Shown here piece by piece: positions 1 to 8,573 of a stretch of DNA of 64,000 nt. Both the position numbers and the translations under genes were made by a program. The first letter of the stretch is position 1; each line of letters begins with the position of its first letter. Below the pieces are notes generated by a model. It was not told the DNA's origin and ran no database searches. It saw only the letters and a program-made list of their open reading frames with translations. The DNA comes from a virus (lineage: Duplodnaviria > Heunggongvirae > Uroviricota > Caudoviricetes), in IMG/VR virus record IMGVR_UViG_3300025072_002801; one strand, written 5' to 3'.

Positions 1-4
1 TTGT

Positions 5-1075
5 GTGGGGCAAAAGGTTGTCCCATCAAATTGTTTGACTACGACACACCCAAACTTGTCTAAGCAGTGGCACCCCGATAAAAACGGAGATCTTACTGCC
101 AATGATATAACGGCTGGCAGTAGTTGCAAAAAAGTGTGGTGGAGATGCGATGTTGTTGATGATCATGAATGGGAAGCAGCAGTAAATAGTAGGGCAGAAG
201 GAAAAGGTTGTCCTTGTTGTAATGGACGAAAGGTTGTCCTATCAAATTGCTTGTCCACTACACACCCAGATTTGGCTAAGCAGTGGCACCCCGATAAAAA
301 TGATTGCACTGCCAGTTGTGTGACAGCGGGAAGCCATAAAAGGGCATGGTGGAAGTGTGATGTTTCTGATGATCATGAATGGGAAGCAATAGTGAGTAGC
401 AGGTCAAAAAACAATGGAAATGGATGCCCTTGTTGTAGTGGACGAAAGGTTGTCCTATCAAATTGCTTGTCCACCACACACCCAGATTTGGCTAAACAGT
501 GGCACCCTGATAAAAACGGAGATATTACTGCTGATGATATAGTGGCAGGAAGCAATAGGAAGTTTTGGTGGAAATGCAATGTTGCCGATGATCATGAATG
601 GGAGTCTACATCTAATAATAGATCAAACGGAAGAAGTGGCTGTCCTTGTTGTGGTGGACAAAAAGCTGTTCCATCAAACTGTTTGTCCGCCACACATCCA
701 AAGCTGGCTAATCAATGGCATAAAAATAAAAATATTAATATTAGTACAACTGATATAACGTCTGGAAGTGCTTATAAGGCATGGTGGAAATGTGATGTTG
801 CCGATGATCATGAATGGGAGGCATTGGTGAGAGATCGAGCAAACGGAACAGGTTGTCCTTGTTGTGCTGGCAGAAAGGTTGTCCTATCAAATTGTTTGTC
901 CACTATACGACCAGATTTGGTTAAGCAATGGCATCCGAATAAAAATGATAATTCTGTTCCTAACGAGGTTACAATTGGAAGTCACAAGATGGTTTGGTGG
1001 AAGTGTGATGTTGATCATGAATGGAAAGCAACAGTTAACGGAAGATCTAATAATGGGTGTCCTTTTTGTAGTGAA
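5..1075 (+). repeat. ~210-bp tandem DNA repeats encoding the zinc-ribbon modules; copies at about 222-300 and 434-515 are roughly 90% identical
   Basis: Direct comparison of nucleotide blocks (ggacgaaaggttgtcctatcaaattgcttgtccac(t/c)acacacccagatttggctaa(g/a)cagtggcaccc(c/t)gataaaaa). Confidence 0.7.
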
Positions 1076-1519
1076 TCTAAGGGAGAAAAAAGAATTGGAA
1101 TTTATTTGGAATCAAACAATATAGAGAAAGAACATCAATACAGATTTAAGAAGTCTGAGATAAAAAATAGTAAATTTGATTTTTCTGTGGCAAGAGGAGA
1201 GGAACAATGTTTAATAGAGTATCATGGGCAGCAGCATTATAGTCCAGTTTCTTTTGGTTCAAAAAAAGAACATGGTGACAAAATAAATTTCAGAAAGGCA
1301 ATAAGGCGTGATTTTGTTAAGAAGAAATGGTGTATTGAAAACAACATGACTTTATTGGAAATACCTTTTTGGGATTATGATCGAATAGAAGAAATACTTG
1401 ATTGTTTTTTTGCAAAAAAGCCAATATTGTTTACAGAGCCGCCAGAAATTGTAGTTAAATATGAGCCAATTATAAAAAAAGAGTTGAATAGACTTAAAAA
1501 TTATAATCCCCAGAATTAA
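5..1519 (+). CDS. Multi-repeat zinc-ribbon protein (6-7 tandem ~70-aa treble-clef 'probable zinc-ribbon'/DUF4379-like modules) with a C-terminal putative PD-(D/E)xK/Vsr-like nuclease-like domain; 5' end truncated at the window edge
   Basis: The unit HP(D/K)L(A/V)KQWHP(D/N)KN...WWKCDV(A/S)DDHEWEA...NG(T/N)GCPCC(S/N)GRKV recurs about every 70 aa. The C-terminal part (GEKRIGIYLE...FDFSVARGEEQCLIEYHGQQHY...KKWCIENNMTLLEIPFWDY) looks like a small nuclease fold. The ORF opens at position 5 with GTG and no upstream stop, so it probably continues beyond the window. Confidence 0.6.
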   Translation: MGQKVVPSNCLTTTHPNLSKQWHPDKNGDLTANDITAGSSCKKVWWRCDVVDDHEWEAAVNSRAEGKGCPCCNGRKVVLSNCLSTTHPDLAKQWHPDKNDCTASCVTAGSHKRAWWKCDVSDDHEWEAIVSSRSKNNGNGCPCCSGRKVVLSNCLSTTHPDLAKQWHPDKNGDITADDIVAGSNRKFWWKCNVADDHEWESTSNNRSNGRSGCPCCGGQKAVPSNCLSATHPKLANQWHKNKNINISTTDITSGSAYKAWWKCDVADDHEWEALVRDRANGTGCPCCAGRKVVLSNCLSTIRPDLVKQWHPNKNDNSVPNEVTIGSHKMVWWKCDVDHEWKATVNGRSNNGCPFCSESKGEKRIGIYLESNNIEKEHQYRFKKSEIKNSKFDFSVARGEEQCLIEYHGQQHYSPVSFGSKKEHGDKINFRKAIRRDFVKKKWCIENNMTLLEIPFWDYDRIEEILDCFFAKKPILFTEPPEIVVKYEPIIKKELNRLKNYNPQN

Positions 1520-1525
1520 TTAGAA

Positions 1526-2128
1526 TTGCTCTATATAATTATTATGAGCAATACAGAAGATTATATGAAAGACCTAAACAACTGGGCAGACATGTATGAA
1601 AAAGCGTGTTCCGATGGCATATTTGGCGATGCACCTAAACCCTACACTCCTTCATCTCAAACTGGGCAAGATGATTTTTTTGGAATGGTTGATTCACATC
1701 CATCACCAGAAATCGACAATGTTGATGCGTCTTATTGGGACGCTATTTATAATGATGGACAATTGGCAGATCCTAGTGTTGGGGCACCAGAAGAGTTGCT
1801 TCAAGAATCTGTGAGCCCAGAAAAGTTCGAGAAATTAAAAGACCACCCAGCATCTAAGAAAGCCCTTAGCCCTAATCCAGTTGACCCAGAGACAGTTGGT
1901 AAAGACCAGCGTAGAAAGGTTACGCCTAATTGGACAGAGGGAGAAGAGTTGGAGGAATTGGACAGCCTAAAAAGAAGCTTGTACGACCTAGAATGCAAAC
2001 TTAGCGGTAAAGAAGGATTGTTGGAAAATAATGAAAAGATCGTAAAAAAGCTTGATTCTCTCAAAATCAAGATTGATGAGTTGAGTCAAGAGCTAATTCC
2101 AACAGGTTGGAAAGATACAGAATCTTAA
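1526..2128 (+). CDS. Hypothetical acidic protein with a C-terminal coiled-coil
   Basis: ORF with an Asp/Glu-rich N-terminal half and heptad-like LEELDSLKRSLYDLECKLSGKEGLLENNEKIVKKLDSLKIKIDELSQ; no recognisable domain. Confidence 0.5.
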   Translation: MLYIIIMSNTEDYMKDLNNWADMYEKACSDGIFGDAPKPYTPSSQTGQDDFFGMVDSHPSPEIDNVDASYWDAIYNDGQLADPSVGAPEELLQESVSPEKFEKLKDHPASKKALSPNPVDPETVGKDQRRKVTPNWTEGEELEELDSLKRSLYDLECKLSGKEGLLENNEKIVKKLDSLKIKIDELSQELIPTGWKDTES

Positions 2129-2143
2129 AAAATACAAGAATTT

Positions 2144-2180
2144 AAGCCCGTCGATGCCTAGCATCTGGCGGGCTTTTTTC
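2144..2180 (+). terminator. Rho-independent terminator
   Basis: AAGCCCG-tcGATGCctaGCATCtgg-CGGGCTT nested hairpin followed by TTTTTT. Confidence 0.7.
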
Positions 2181-2188
2181 GTATACTC

Positions 2189-2749
2189 TTGGACTGGTTA
2201 CTTAATTCGATTTACAGGAGATTTAACATGTCCAATGTTTGGAAAGCCCCAGGACCTATTTTTGACCTTACTACAGAAGTCAAAGAGAGGCATCACATGC
2301 CCCGATTGAGGGATGCAAAAATAACCGTCGCCATGCACGACAGCAAACCATTCAAGAATAATCGTCTGAATTGGGGGAAAACGTCAAAGTTTTCCCAGTT
2401 TAACAAAATATGGCAGGGAGACGTTTTAGACTTCTGTATAGTGCTTTGTGCCGATGTTTGGCACTCTGTTTTGGACGAAAATCAAAGAGAAGCATTAATT
2501 GATTTACATTTGACCAGATGTGAAGTAGAATATGTTCCAGAGCTTAATGAGGACGAGAAGCCAGTTAAGGACGAATTTGGAAGGACTTCATATACTGACG
2601 AGATAAAATTGGACGACGAAGGCAAAAAAAAATGGCAGGTCGTTCCATTGGACTTAATTGTTTTTTCTTCCAATGTGCGTAGATATGGTCTGTGGATTGA
2701 GGAAATAGACAATTTTGGACATGCACTAAAGCGTGCTGAGGAGGAGTGA
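2189..2749 (+). CDS. Hypothetical protein
   Basis: 186-aa ORF (alternative start at 2228, MSNVW); contains an A9 homopolymer at about 2624-2632; no confident domain. Confidence 0.5.
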   Translation: MDWLLNSIYRRFNMSNVWKAPGPIFDLTTEVKERHHMPRLRDAKITVAMHDSKPFKNNRLNWGKTSKFSQFNKIWQGDVLDFCIVLCADVWHSVLDENQREALIDLHLTRCEVEYVPELNEDEKPVKDEFGRTSYTDEIKLDDEGKKKWQVVPLDLIVFSSNVRRYGLWIEEIDNFGHALKRAEEE

Positions 2750-3194
2750 GATGGGAATCTTGAAACGACAGTATGAAAGATTTAAGAGCGATCCTATTTT
2801 GGTGATTCTGATACTGTTAGTATTGGCATTTGCCGTTGCTATTCCTCAGATGAGGAAAAGTCCTAAAGTGGAAATTCCTATAGTTGTATTTGACGAAGGT
2901 TTGAAACCTGGACAGATTTACGATGTCAAAAGAATAACTGTAATTGAAGGTCATACGTTGGATATTATTCTGTCTGACGACAGAAGAATATTTTCCAAGC
3001 TGGACATTGTTTCGCCGCCCGAAGCGGCACAAAAAGTCAAGAATTATTTCAACACATGCGTAAACCCTCAAGTTAAGTTGATTGCCAAAAAAGACGATCA
3101 TATATGGATGGTTGACGTAGTTTCTGAGAGAGATGGAGAAAGACAATGGCTGTCCCAGTTCTTAAAAGATCAAGGGCTAATATATCAGCGATGA
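2733..3194 (+). CDS. Membrane-anchored protein with a possible SNase (thermonuclease)-like domain
   Basis: N-terminal TM segment ILVILILLVLAFAVAI. VKRITVIEGHTLDIILSDDRRIFSKLDIVSPPE...DHIWMVDVVSERDGERQWLSQFLKDQGL loosely follows the staphylococcal nuclease pattern (DGDT...RLLGVDTPE...YGR.LAYV...G). Confidence 0.35.
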   Translation: MLRRSEMGILKRQYERFKSDPILVILILLVLAFAVAIPQMRKSPKVEIPIVVFDEGLKPGQIYDVKRITVIEGHTLDIILSDDRRIFSKLDIVSPPEAAQKVKNYFNTCVNPQVKLIAKKDDHIWMVDVVSERDGERQWLSQFLKDQGLIYQR

Positions 3195-3772
3195 TAGAAG
3201 AAGAAGAAAATATTCCAATAAATGGAACCGTAGTTCGCAAAGCTTCTAAAAAGAAGGCGTCAGAAGTTTCTGATGATTCTTATAGCATAGTTGAGCAAGA
3301 GAGAATGAAAAGTGTCATTCGACACATCTCTCATGTTCAACAGTCTTGCTCGCTATTGGGCGAGAGGCTTATTTTGCAGGGAGAAGTTGGTATGGGGCGA
3401 AAGCTTATTGCCAATGGATTCATCCATGATAATTCTAAATTTTATGGAATTGAATGGAAGCATTTGCATGATGATGTAAAGGTGGAATCGCCAGAGTTAT
3501 TCGCGTCCGCTTTACAGCAGCATGTTCTTACGAATCGACATCATCCTGAATATTGGGATGGGATAGAGAATATGCCACGACTGTTTCTTGCAGAGATGAT
3601 CTGTGATTGGCATGCACGCAGTAGTGAGTTTGGCACAGATCTAAGAGGCTTCATAAAGGAAGTCGCAACTAAGAAGTTTAAGTTCACCTTGCAAGGTAAG
3701 GTATACAAAGATTTGAAGTATTTTGTGGACAGTCTTTTGGACCAACCGTTTCAAAAATCAACAAAAAAGTGA
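3146..3772 (+). CDS. Hypothetical protein, possible HD-type phosphohydrolase
   Basis: Spaced His/Asp motifs (RHISH...FIHDN...WKHLHDD...LTNRHHPEYW...CDWH); weak call. The true start may be internal (MIEEEEN or MKSV). Confidence 0.4.
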   Translation: MAVPVLKRSRANISAMIEEEENIPINGTVVRKASKKKASEVSDDSYSIVEQERMKSVIRHISHVQQSCSLLGERLILQGEVGMGRKLIANGFIHDNSKFYGIEWKHLHDDVKVESPELFASALQQHVLTNRHHPEYWDGIENMPRLFLAEMICDWHARSSEFGTDLRGFIKEVATKKFKFTLQGKVYKDLKYFVDSLLDQPFQKSTKK

Positions 3773-3776
3773 TTTT

Positions 3777-3980
3777 ATGAAAAACAAAAAACTACTTAAG
3801 AAGCAAATCGTTCCACATTGTCCCGTATGTGATAAGGTTGTGCATGTTGAAACAACTAAGTCCATGCCGTTTTGTGGAGAGCGTTGTCGTACCATTGATC
3901 TAGGTCGATGGCTAACTGAAGATTATGGGGTTCCATTCGAAGGCGAAGAAGATTGCGAACTTTTCGAACAAGAAAGTTAA
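3777..3980 (+). CDS. yacG: YacG-like zinc-binding DNA gyrase inhibitor
   Basis: HCPVCDKVVHVETTKSMPFCGERCRTIDLGRWLTEDYGVPF closely parallels E. coli YacG (CPTCGK...[23 protein letters not shown]); the start was chosen at the internal ATG (MKNKKLLKK). Confidence 0.75.
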   Translation: MKNKKLLKKQIVPHCPVCDKVVHVETTKSMPFCGERCRTIDLGRWLTEDYGVPFEGEEDCELFEQES

Positions 3981-3983
3981 ACA

Positions 3984-4442
3984 ATGTCAATAGTACAAAA
4001 GATTAGGGATCAGTTCCTACAAGCAAGGAAGAGTAAGAACCAGATAGAGAAGTCAATACTGTCTGTGGTGTTGGGCGAAGTAGAGAATCTAACGCCCGCT
4101 ACGGCTAAATCGGCAAAACCTGTTACCGATGATCAAGTCTGTGGTATCATCAAAAAGACCATTAAAAACAATCGAATAACGATTGAGTCCCTTCAGTCAG
4201 ACGATAGCCGTTTAGCGTGTTTACAAAAAGAGAATGAAGTCTTGGAGTCGTTTCTTCCACAATATCTTGATGAGTCGCAAGTTGAATCTGCGTTAGTGGA
4301 AATCAGACAAAATATTCTCGATGCCTCAGGAGACGGTCCCGCCACAGGACAAGCCATGAAATGCTTGCGAGAGCAAGGACATGCAGTTGAGGGACAAGTA
4401 GTGTCTTCTGTTGTTTCTAAGATACGAAAGGAATTGAACTGA
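3984..4442 (+). CDS. GatB/YqeY-domain protein
   Basis: N-terminus MSIVQKIRDQFLQARKSKNQIEKSILSVVLGEVEN and C-terminus TGQAMKCLREQGHAVEGQVVSSVVSKIRKEL match the YqeY/GatB C-terminal domain family pattern. Confidence 0.6.
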   Translation: MSIVQKIRDQFLQARKSKNQIEKSILSVVLGEVENLTPATAKSAKPVTDDQVCGIIKKTIKNNRITIESLQSDDSRLACLQKENEVLESFLPQYLDESQVESALVEIRQNILDASGDGPATGQAMKCLREQGHAVEGQVVSSVVSKIRKELN

Positions 4443-4448
4443 AAATAG

Positions 4449-4706
4449 ATGATTATCAAATTGACCGATGGTAGCGACATTGATGTGGATGACGTGAGTT
4501 TGTATTACCCAGATTCCGATCCTCTTGAAGTTCATTTGTCAAATGGTAATTCTATGTTTTTATCTGGCGAAGATCGCTTGAGAGTTAGGTGCGTCTTGAA
4601 AGAGCATACGACGGATGGAAAAGACATTACGCCCGATGATATTGCTCACATTGATCACCCTGGAATGAGTTTTTCTGAAATGTTGCGATTTTTTAGAGGT
4701 GTGTGA
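4449..4706 (+). CDS. Hypothetical small protein
   Basis: 85-aa ORF in the operon; no domain. Confidence 0.45.
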   Translation: MIIKLTDGSDIDVDDVSLYYPDSDPLEVHLSNGNSMFLSGEDRLRVRCVLKEHTTDGKDITPDDIAHIDHPGMSFSEMLRFFRGV

Positions 4707-4757
4707 ACATTTTTTGTCAGATTTCATCATCTCAAGCAACATACGCTAGGTGAGCAA

Positions 4758-4790
4758 GAAACGCCACAATCATTTTTTGTGGCGTTTTTT
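4758..4790 (+). terminator. Rho-independent terminator
   Basis: AAACGCCACAA-tcatttt-TTGTGGCGTTT followed by a T-run. Confidence 0.75.
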
Positions 4791-4819
4791 AATGAAGAGA
4801 AAAAATTTTAGAGATTGTG

Positions 4820-4848
4820 TTTACAATTACCCTGATTCAAAGTATAAT
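4820..4848 (+). promoter_or_regulatory. Sigma-70-like promoter (TTTACA-17-TATAAT), copy 1 of a tandem duplicated ~60-bp promoter module
   Basis: TTTACA at 4820-4825, 17-nt spacer, TATAAT at 4843-4848; the whole module is repeated about 70 bp downstream. Confidence 0.55.
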
Positions 4849-4889
4849 AGGGTATAAGATGGCGACAAAAAATTTTTTAGAGATTGCCA

Positions 4890-4918
4890 TTAACAATTAA
4901 CCTGATTCAAAGTACAAT
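4890..4918 (+). promoter_or_regulatory. Sigma-70-like promoter (TTAACA-17-TACAAT), copy 2 of the duplicated module, followed by an AAGGAAG RBS and the ATG at 4939
   Basis: TTAACA at 4890-4895, 17-nt spacer, TACAAT at 4913-4918; Shine-Dalgarno AAGGAAG at 4927-4933. Confidence 0.55.
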
Positions 4919-4938
4919 GGTACTGAAAGGAAGCTGAA

Positions 4939-6075
4939 ATGAATGCTGACGAAAAGAAGAAAGAATTGTTGAAATTGGCAAAAAAGGGAGGAAAAAGACC
5001 TAGTAAAAAGTCTCATCCTTTGGGACAGGCTTTAAGCAGTTACATATGCAAGTCCAGTGGTTGTTGTGACGAATCCTTCGTTAAGGAAATCAAAAAATTA
5101 GCCCCACATTGGTTTGTGACTTCAATATCTAACGCCAATCAAAAGAAAAAAGAGTTGTTGAAATTGGCTAGAAAGGGAGGGGAAAGACCAAAAAGAAAGG
5201 ATGCTTTGGGATCTGTTTTCTCCTCTTATGTAAATAATTCGCAAACTTCTTATGATGCATCATTCGCCAAAGAGATTAAAAAAATCGCCCCACATTGGTT
5301 TGTGAATCAATCAGACATTGCCAACCAAAAGAAAGAAGAGTTGCTGAAGTTGGCTAGGAAGGGAGGAAAAAGGCCAAATAGAGCGACTCACCCGCTAGGG
5401 CATGCTTTTGTTTCTTACATGAATTCGTCAAGTGATGCTTACGACGAATCTTTCACTAAAGAAATTAAAGAATTAGCTCCACATTGGTTTAGGCGCAAAT
5501 ATGATCCCGATGCAAAAAAGAAGGAATTGTTAGACTTGGCTAAAAAAGGTGGAAAGCGACCAATGAAGTTGGAGTCTCCCGCCTCAAGAGACAATTATTC
5601 TATTATAGGGCATTACACATGCAGTAAAGACCCTTCTTACGACGCATCCTTTACTGAAGAGATTAAAAAATTAGCGCCACATTGGTTCGAAAATCGTCAA
5701 TCAGACATTGCCAATAAAAAGAAAGAAGAGTTGCTTGAGTTGGCTAAGAATGGAGGAGAAAGACCAAAGCAGAAAAAAAATACTTTGGGTCAGTCTCTTT
5801 CTCGCTACACAAGAAATAATAACAGGAGTTATGACGCAACATTCGCAAAAGTAATTAAAAAATTAGCCCCACATTGGTTTGTGACTAGCACCAATTCTTC
5901 TAAGGAAAATAAAGAAGAGTTGTTGAAGATGGCTAGAAAGGGATCAGCAAAACCTAAGTGGGGGACTAAGTTGGGGAATGCGTTGGTTAATTATTGCGGC
6001 AAATCCAATTCCTACGACCCAGTTTTCGAAAAAGAAATTAAAAAAATCGCACCACATTGGTTCAAGAAAGGATAG
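4939..6075 (+). CDS. Lys-rich tandem-repeat protein (6 copies of a ~65-aa 'KKELLKLARKGGxRP...HPLG...YDxSF(T/A)KEIKK(L/I)APHWF' module), family member A
   Basis: Six APHWF-terminated modules visible in the translation; the C-terminus ends ...APHWFKKG; lacks the MKIPKSDLKKM N-terminal region of members C-E. Confidence 0.75.
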   Translation: MNADEKKKELLKLAKKGGKRPSKKSHPLGQALSSYICKSSGCCDESFVKEIKKLAPHWFVTSISNANQKKKELLKLARKGGERPKRKDALGSVFSSYVNNSQTSYDASFAKEIKKIAPHWFVNQSDIANQKKEELLKLARKGGKRPNRATHPLGHAFVSYMNSSSDAYDESFTKEIKELAPHWFRRKYDPDAKKKELLDLAKKGGKRPMKLESPASRDNYSIIGHYTCSKDPSYDASFTEEIKKLAPHWFENRQSDIANKKKEELLELAKNGGERPKQKKNTLGQSLSRYTRNNNRSYDATFAKVIKKLAPHWFVTSTNSSKENKEELLKMARKGSAKPKWGTKLGNALVNYCGKSNSYDPVFEKEIKKIAPHWFKKG

Positions 6076-6079
6076 TCTA

Positions 6080-6676
6080 ATGGCACAGCCAAAATATCAC
6101 AAAATCAAAGAGAAGATAAAGGCAAGAGAGCAGGTTGTGAAGTTTTATAGAGATACAGCAGAAAGAAAGTCCATACCAGAAGATCGAGGTTATTGGACGC
6201 TTTGCAACGAGCAGCCAGATGAAGAAGGGTCTGAAATAAACCAAATGGCTGAATGCGGGTTGATTGAAAAATCTCAATTCTTTGGCGTTGATTTCGATAA
6301 AAGAATTATAAAAGCAAATCGCAAGCACCACCCAGAAGCCAATTGGCTTGCAGGAGATTGGCTGGAGTGTATCGAGGACAGTTATGATAATGGAACATTT
6401 AATCCCGCGCTTGTTTACCTGGATTGTACTTGCACTATCTTAAATAGTCTGAAGATTCTTGGCGATACAATGAATATGTGTCCCGAGGGAACATTAGTCG
6501 CAGCAAATTTTATGTTGTCAAATGGTCGCTCTAAAGAAGTCATCGACCCAGATGATTTGGTGGAAGTAATTAATGTCTCTGGAGTTTTTTGGGACGATTG
6601 GGGTTTACAGAGAAGCTATTATCCATATACAGCCAGTCGCACGCCGATGGCAACTTACTTTTTTGAAAGAATTTGA
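6080..6676 (+). CDS. Hypothetical protein embedded in the repeat-gene array
   Basis: Start chosen at MAQPKYHKIKE just after the stop of gene A. The upstream extension (from 5978) overlaps gene A in another frame and is probably an artefact. No confident domain. Confidence 0.5.
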   Translation: MAQPKYHKIKEKIKAREQVVKFYRDTAERKSIPEDRGYWTLCNEQPDEEGSEINQMAECGLIEKSQFFGVDFDKRIIKANRKHHPEANWLAGDWLECIEDSYDNGTFNPALVYLDCTCTILNSLKILGDTMNMCPEGTLVAANFMLSNGRSKEVIDPDDLVEVINVSGVFWDDWGLQRSYYPYTASRTPMATYFFERI

Positions 6677-6677
6677 A

Positions 6678-8573
6678 ATGATTAAACCAGTTAATGTTAA
6701 ATATGAGCCACAACGCAAGCTAATTAAAAAGAATTGGAAGCCAATTGATGATGCGAAGCCAAGAGTTCTTGGTTATGACGGAAGAGAACATCAGAAAAAG
6801 TGTTTTAAGAAGTTTGCTGGCGAAAGGTTGACAATTTTCATTTCTCCAACTGGAAGTGGAAAGAGTTTGGTTCAAGTGTTTAATGCAGGCAGAGAGATTC
6901 TTGAGTCTGATTATAGACAGAAACAAGTGTTTATTGTTCCGCAATTAAATATTGGGAATGGGTTTTCTGGATTTAAGCACGGAAAGCTAAGAGTTGGAAG
7001 GAATGTATACGGCTGGCACATCACAGAGGATTGCTGCAAGAACAACAACGATTCAGTGAAGAGAATTAGAGCATTTTTGTTGGGAGGACAAAAGAAGCAT
7101 AAGCGATTTAAGAACAAAGATGTGTTGGGTGGATGCACTGCCGTAGTAAGCTATCCTGCATTGATACGGGCTTTTAAGGGAATGAGCAAAAAGGATAAAT
7201 TGAAAGCAATTAAAAATGTATCTTTTCGTATTGATGAAGTTCATCATATATCTGGGGTAGACGAAGTTGGAAATTATGCGAACGAATTGGGTAAATTCAC
7301 AAAATTTGTATTGGACAACAAAGGTAGTCTGCATTTGACAACAGCGACATTTTTTCGTGGGGACAAAGGAGAGATTATATCTCAGAAGTATCTTAAAGAT
7401 TTTTGTGTTTTTCGTGTTCCGTTTTTAGACCATTGGAAAACATTGGGGTTAAAATCTCTTAACTTTAATTACAATTGTTACAAAAACAGTACGGAATTGA
7501 TGCACCAAATTATTGAGGAAATTAAGAAAGAGCCAAACGAATCACCGTTGGTAATCGTCCCAGCAGATAACGCTAAGTTCTTTAGGGGAATTTCAAAGGC
7601 CAGATGGGTGAAGAGGTTAGTTGTAAGGATGGAGGAAATATACGGAAAGGGCAAGGTTCTTGATTTAGTCAATGCGGACAGTCAGAAGATCGACAAGCAT
7701 CGTCTGACTACAGAGAAGCAGGACTTCTCGGCTATTGTGACCTGTCAGATAGGAAAAGAAGGAACTGACTGGCCAGCATGTTCTCGCATCCATAATACGC
7801 TTTTGGACGGAAATATTTTACAGTTGATCCAGAAGCTAGGACGAGCATTGAGGCCATATAAGGGGAAAACAGATGTTGTAATGACAAATTACATTAAAGA
7901 AATGAAAAGTTGGGGAGATTCGGAAGTCAGAGATAGTTTGTCAGACTTATTCAATACTGTTATGGCATCGTCAATGTTAGATGATATGTTCTATCCTCTT
8001 TTGATGCCAACCCTTCCGCAAGACAAGGAAGGCAATAAACAAAGGTCTAAGAACGTTGATTTGGAAGAAGTGTATGGAGAGCATAGGGGTGCTTTAATTG
8101 ATGATATGATGAGACGTGTTTTTGTAGAAGATGATATTGACGCAGAAAAAATTGATGAAATTATCGAAGAATTAATCGTAGAATATTCCGATCTCATGTT
8201 AGAAAACGTGGATCATGATGTTCTTAAAGATAGATTAAGAAAGGAATTGTTGCGTAGACAAAATCCTAATGACGCCGATTTAAGAGGATTGGATGGAATC
8301 ACGTTGGATTTCATTCGCAAGGAAGGTGGATGGGATAAGGTTGTCAAAAAGTACATCGCCAATAATTCGCCATTCCATGGAAAGGTTGGTACAAAAGATC
8401 TTAAGGAGTTGAAGAAGTTTTTGAACGCTTTTTGTGTGGAAGAGTGGGCGGAAAATTTTAACAGAATCAATAAGATTGGCTTAGAAAATTTGGACAAAGA
8501 TTCAGCCGATTATCGTTGGTGGCGATTGCAATGCATAAACCGTCCGCATTGGGAGGGTGAGACAAATGCTTAA
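6678..8573 (+). CDS. Superfamily-2 helicase (DEAD/DEAH-like, ResIII/Helicase_C-type)
   Basis: Walker A FISPTGSGKSLVQ; motif II IDEVHHISG (DEVH); motif VI TCQIGKEGTDWPAC...ILQLIQKLGRALRP; about 250-aa C-terminal extension. Start chosen at MIKPVNVKYEP; the 6573-6677 extension overlaps the previous gene. Confidence 0.7.
   Translation: MIKPVNVKYEPQRKLIKKNWKPIDDAKPRVLGYDGREHQKKCFKKFAGERLTIFISPTGSGKSLVQVFNAGREILESDYRQKQVFIVPQLNIGNGFSGFKHGKLRVGRNVYGWHITEDCCKNNNDSVKRIRAFLLGGQKKHKRFKNKDVLGGCTAVVSYPALIRAFKGMSKKDKLKAIKNVSFRIDEVHHISGVDEVGNYANELGKFTKFVLDNKGSLHLTTATFFRGDKGEIISQKYLKDFCVFRVPFLDHWKTLGLKSLNFNYNCYKNSTELMHQIIEEIKKEPNESPLVIVPADNAKFFRGISKARWVKRLVVRMEEIYGKGKVLDLVNADSQKIDKHRLTTEKQDFSAIVTCQIGKEGTDWPACSRIHNTLLDGNILQLIQKLGRALRPYKGKTDVVMTNYIKEMKSWGDSEVRDSLSDLFNTVMASSMLDDMFYPLLMPTLPQDKEGNKQRSKNVDLEEVYGEHRGALIDDMMRRVFVEDDIDAEKIDEIIEELIVEYSDLMLENVDHDVLKDRLRKELLRRQNPNDADLRGLDGITLDFIRKEGGWDKVVKKYIANNSPFHGKVGTKDLKELKKFLNAFCVEEWAENFNRINKIGLENLDKDSADYRWWRLQCINRPHWEGETNA

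Noticed and set aside
276-4742. Numerous short minus-strand ORFs embedded in plus-strand genes (for example 276-479, 1801-2070, 2817-3146, 4193-4480)
   Set aside because: They are antisense to strongly supported plus-strand genes and have low-complexity translations and no start context
4796-4938. CRISPR-like or att-like repeat
   Set aside because: Only two copies of about 60 bp, each containing a perfect -35/-10 promoter and followed by an RBS; interpreted as a duplicated promoter, not a CRISPR array. No CRISPR arrays were seen anywhere in the window
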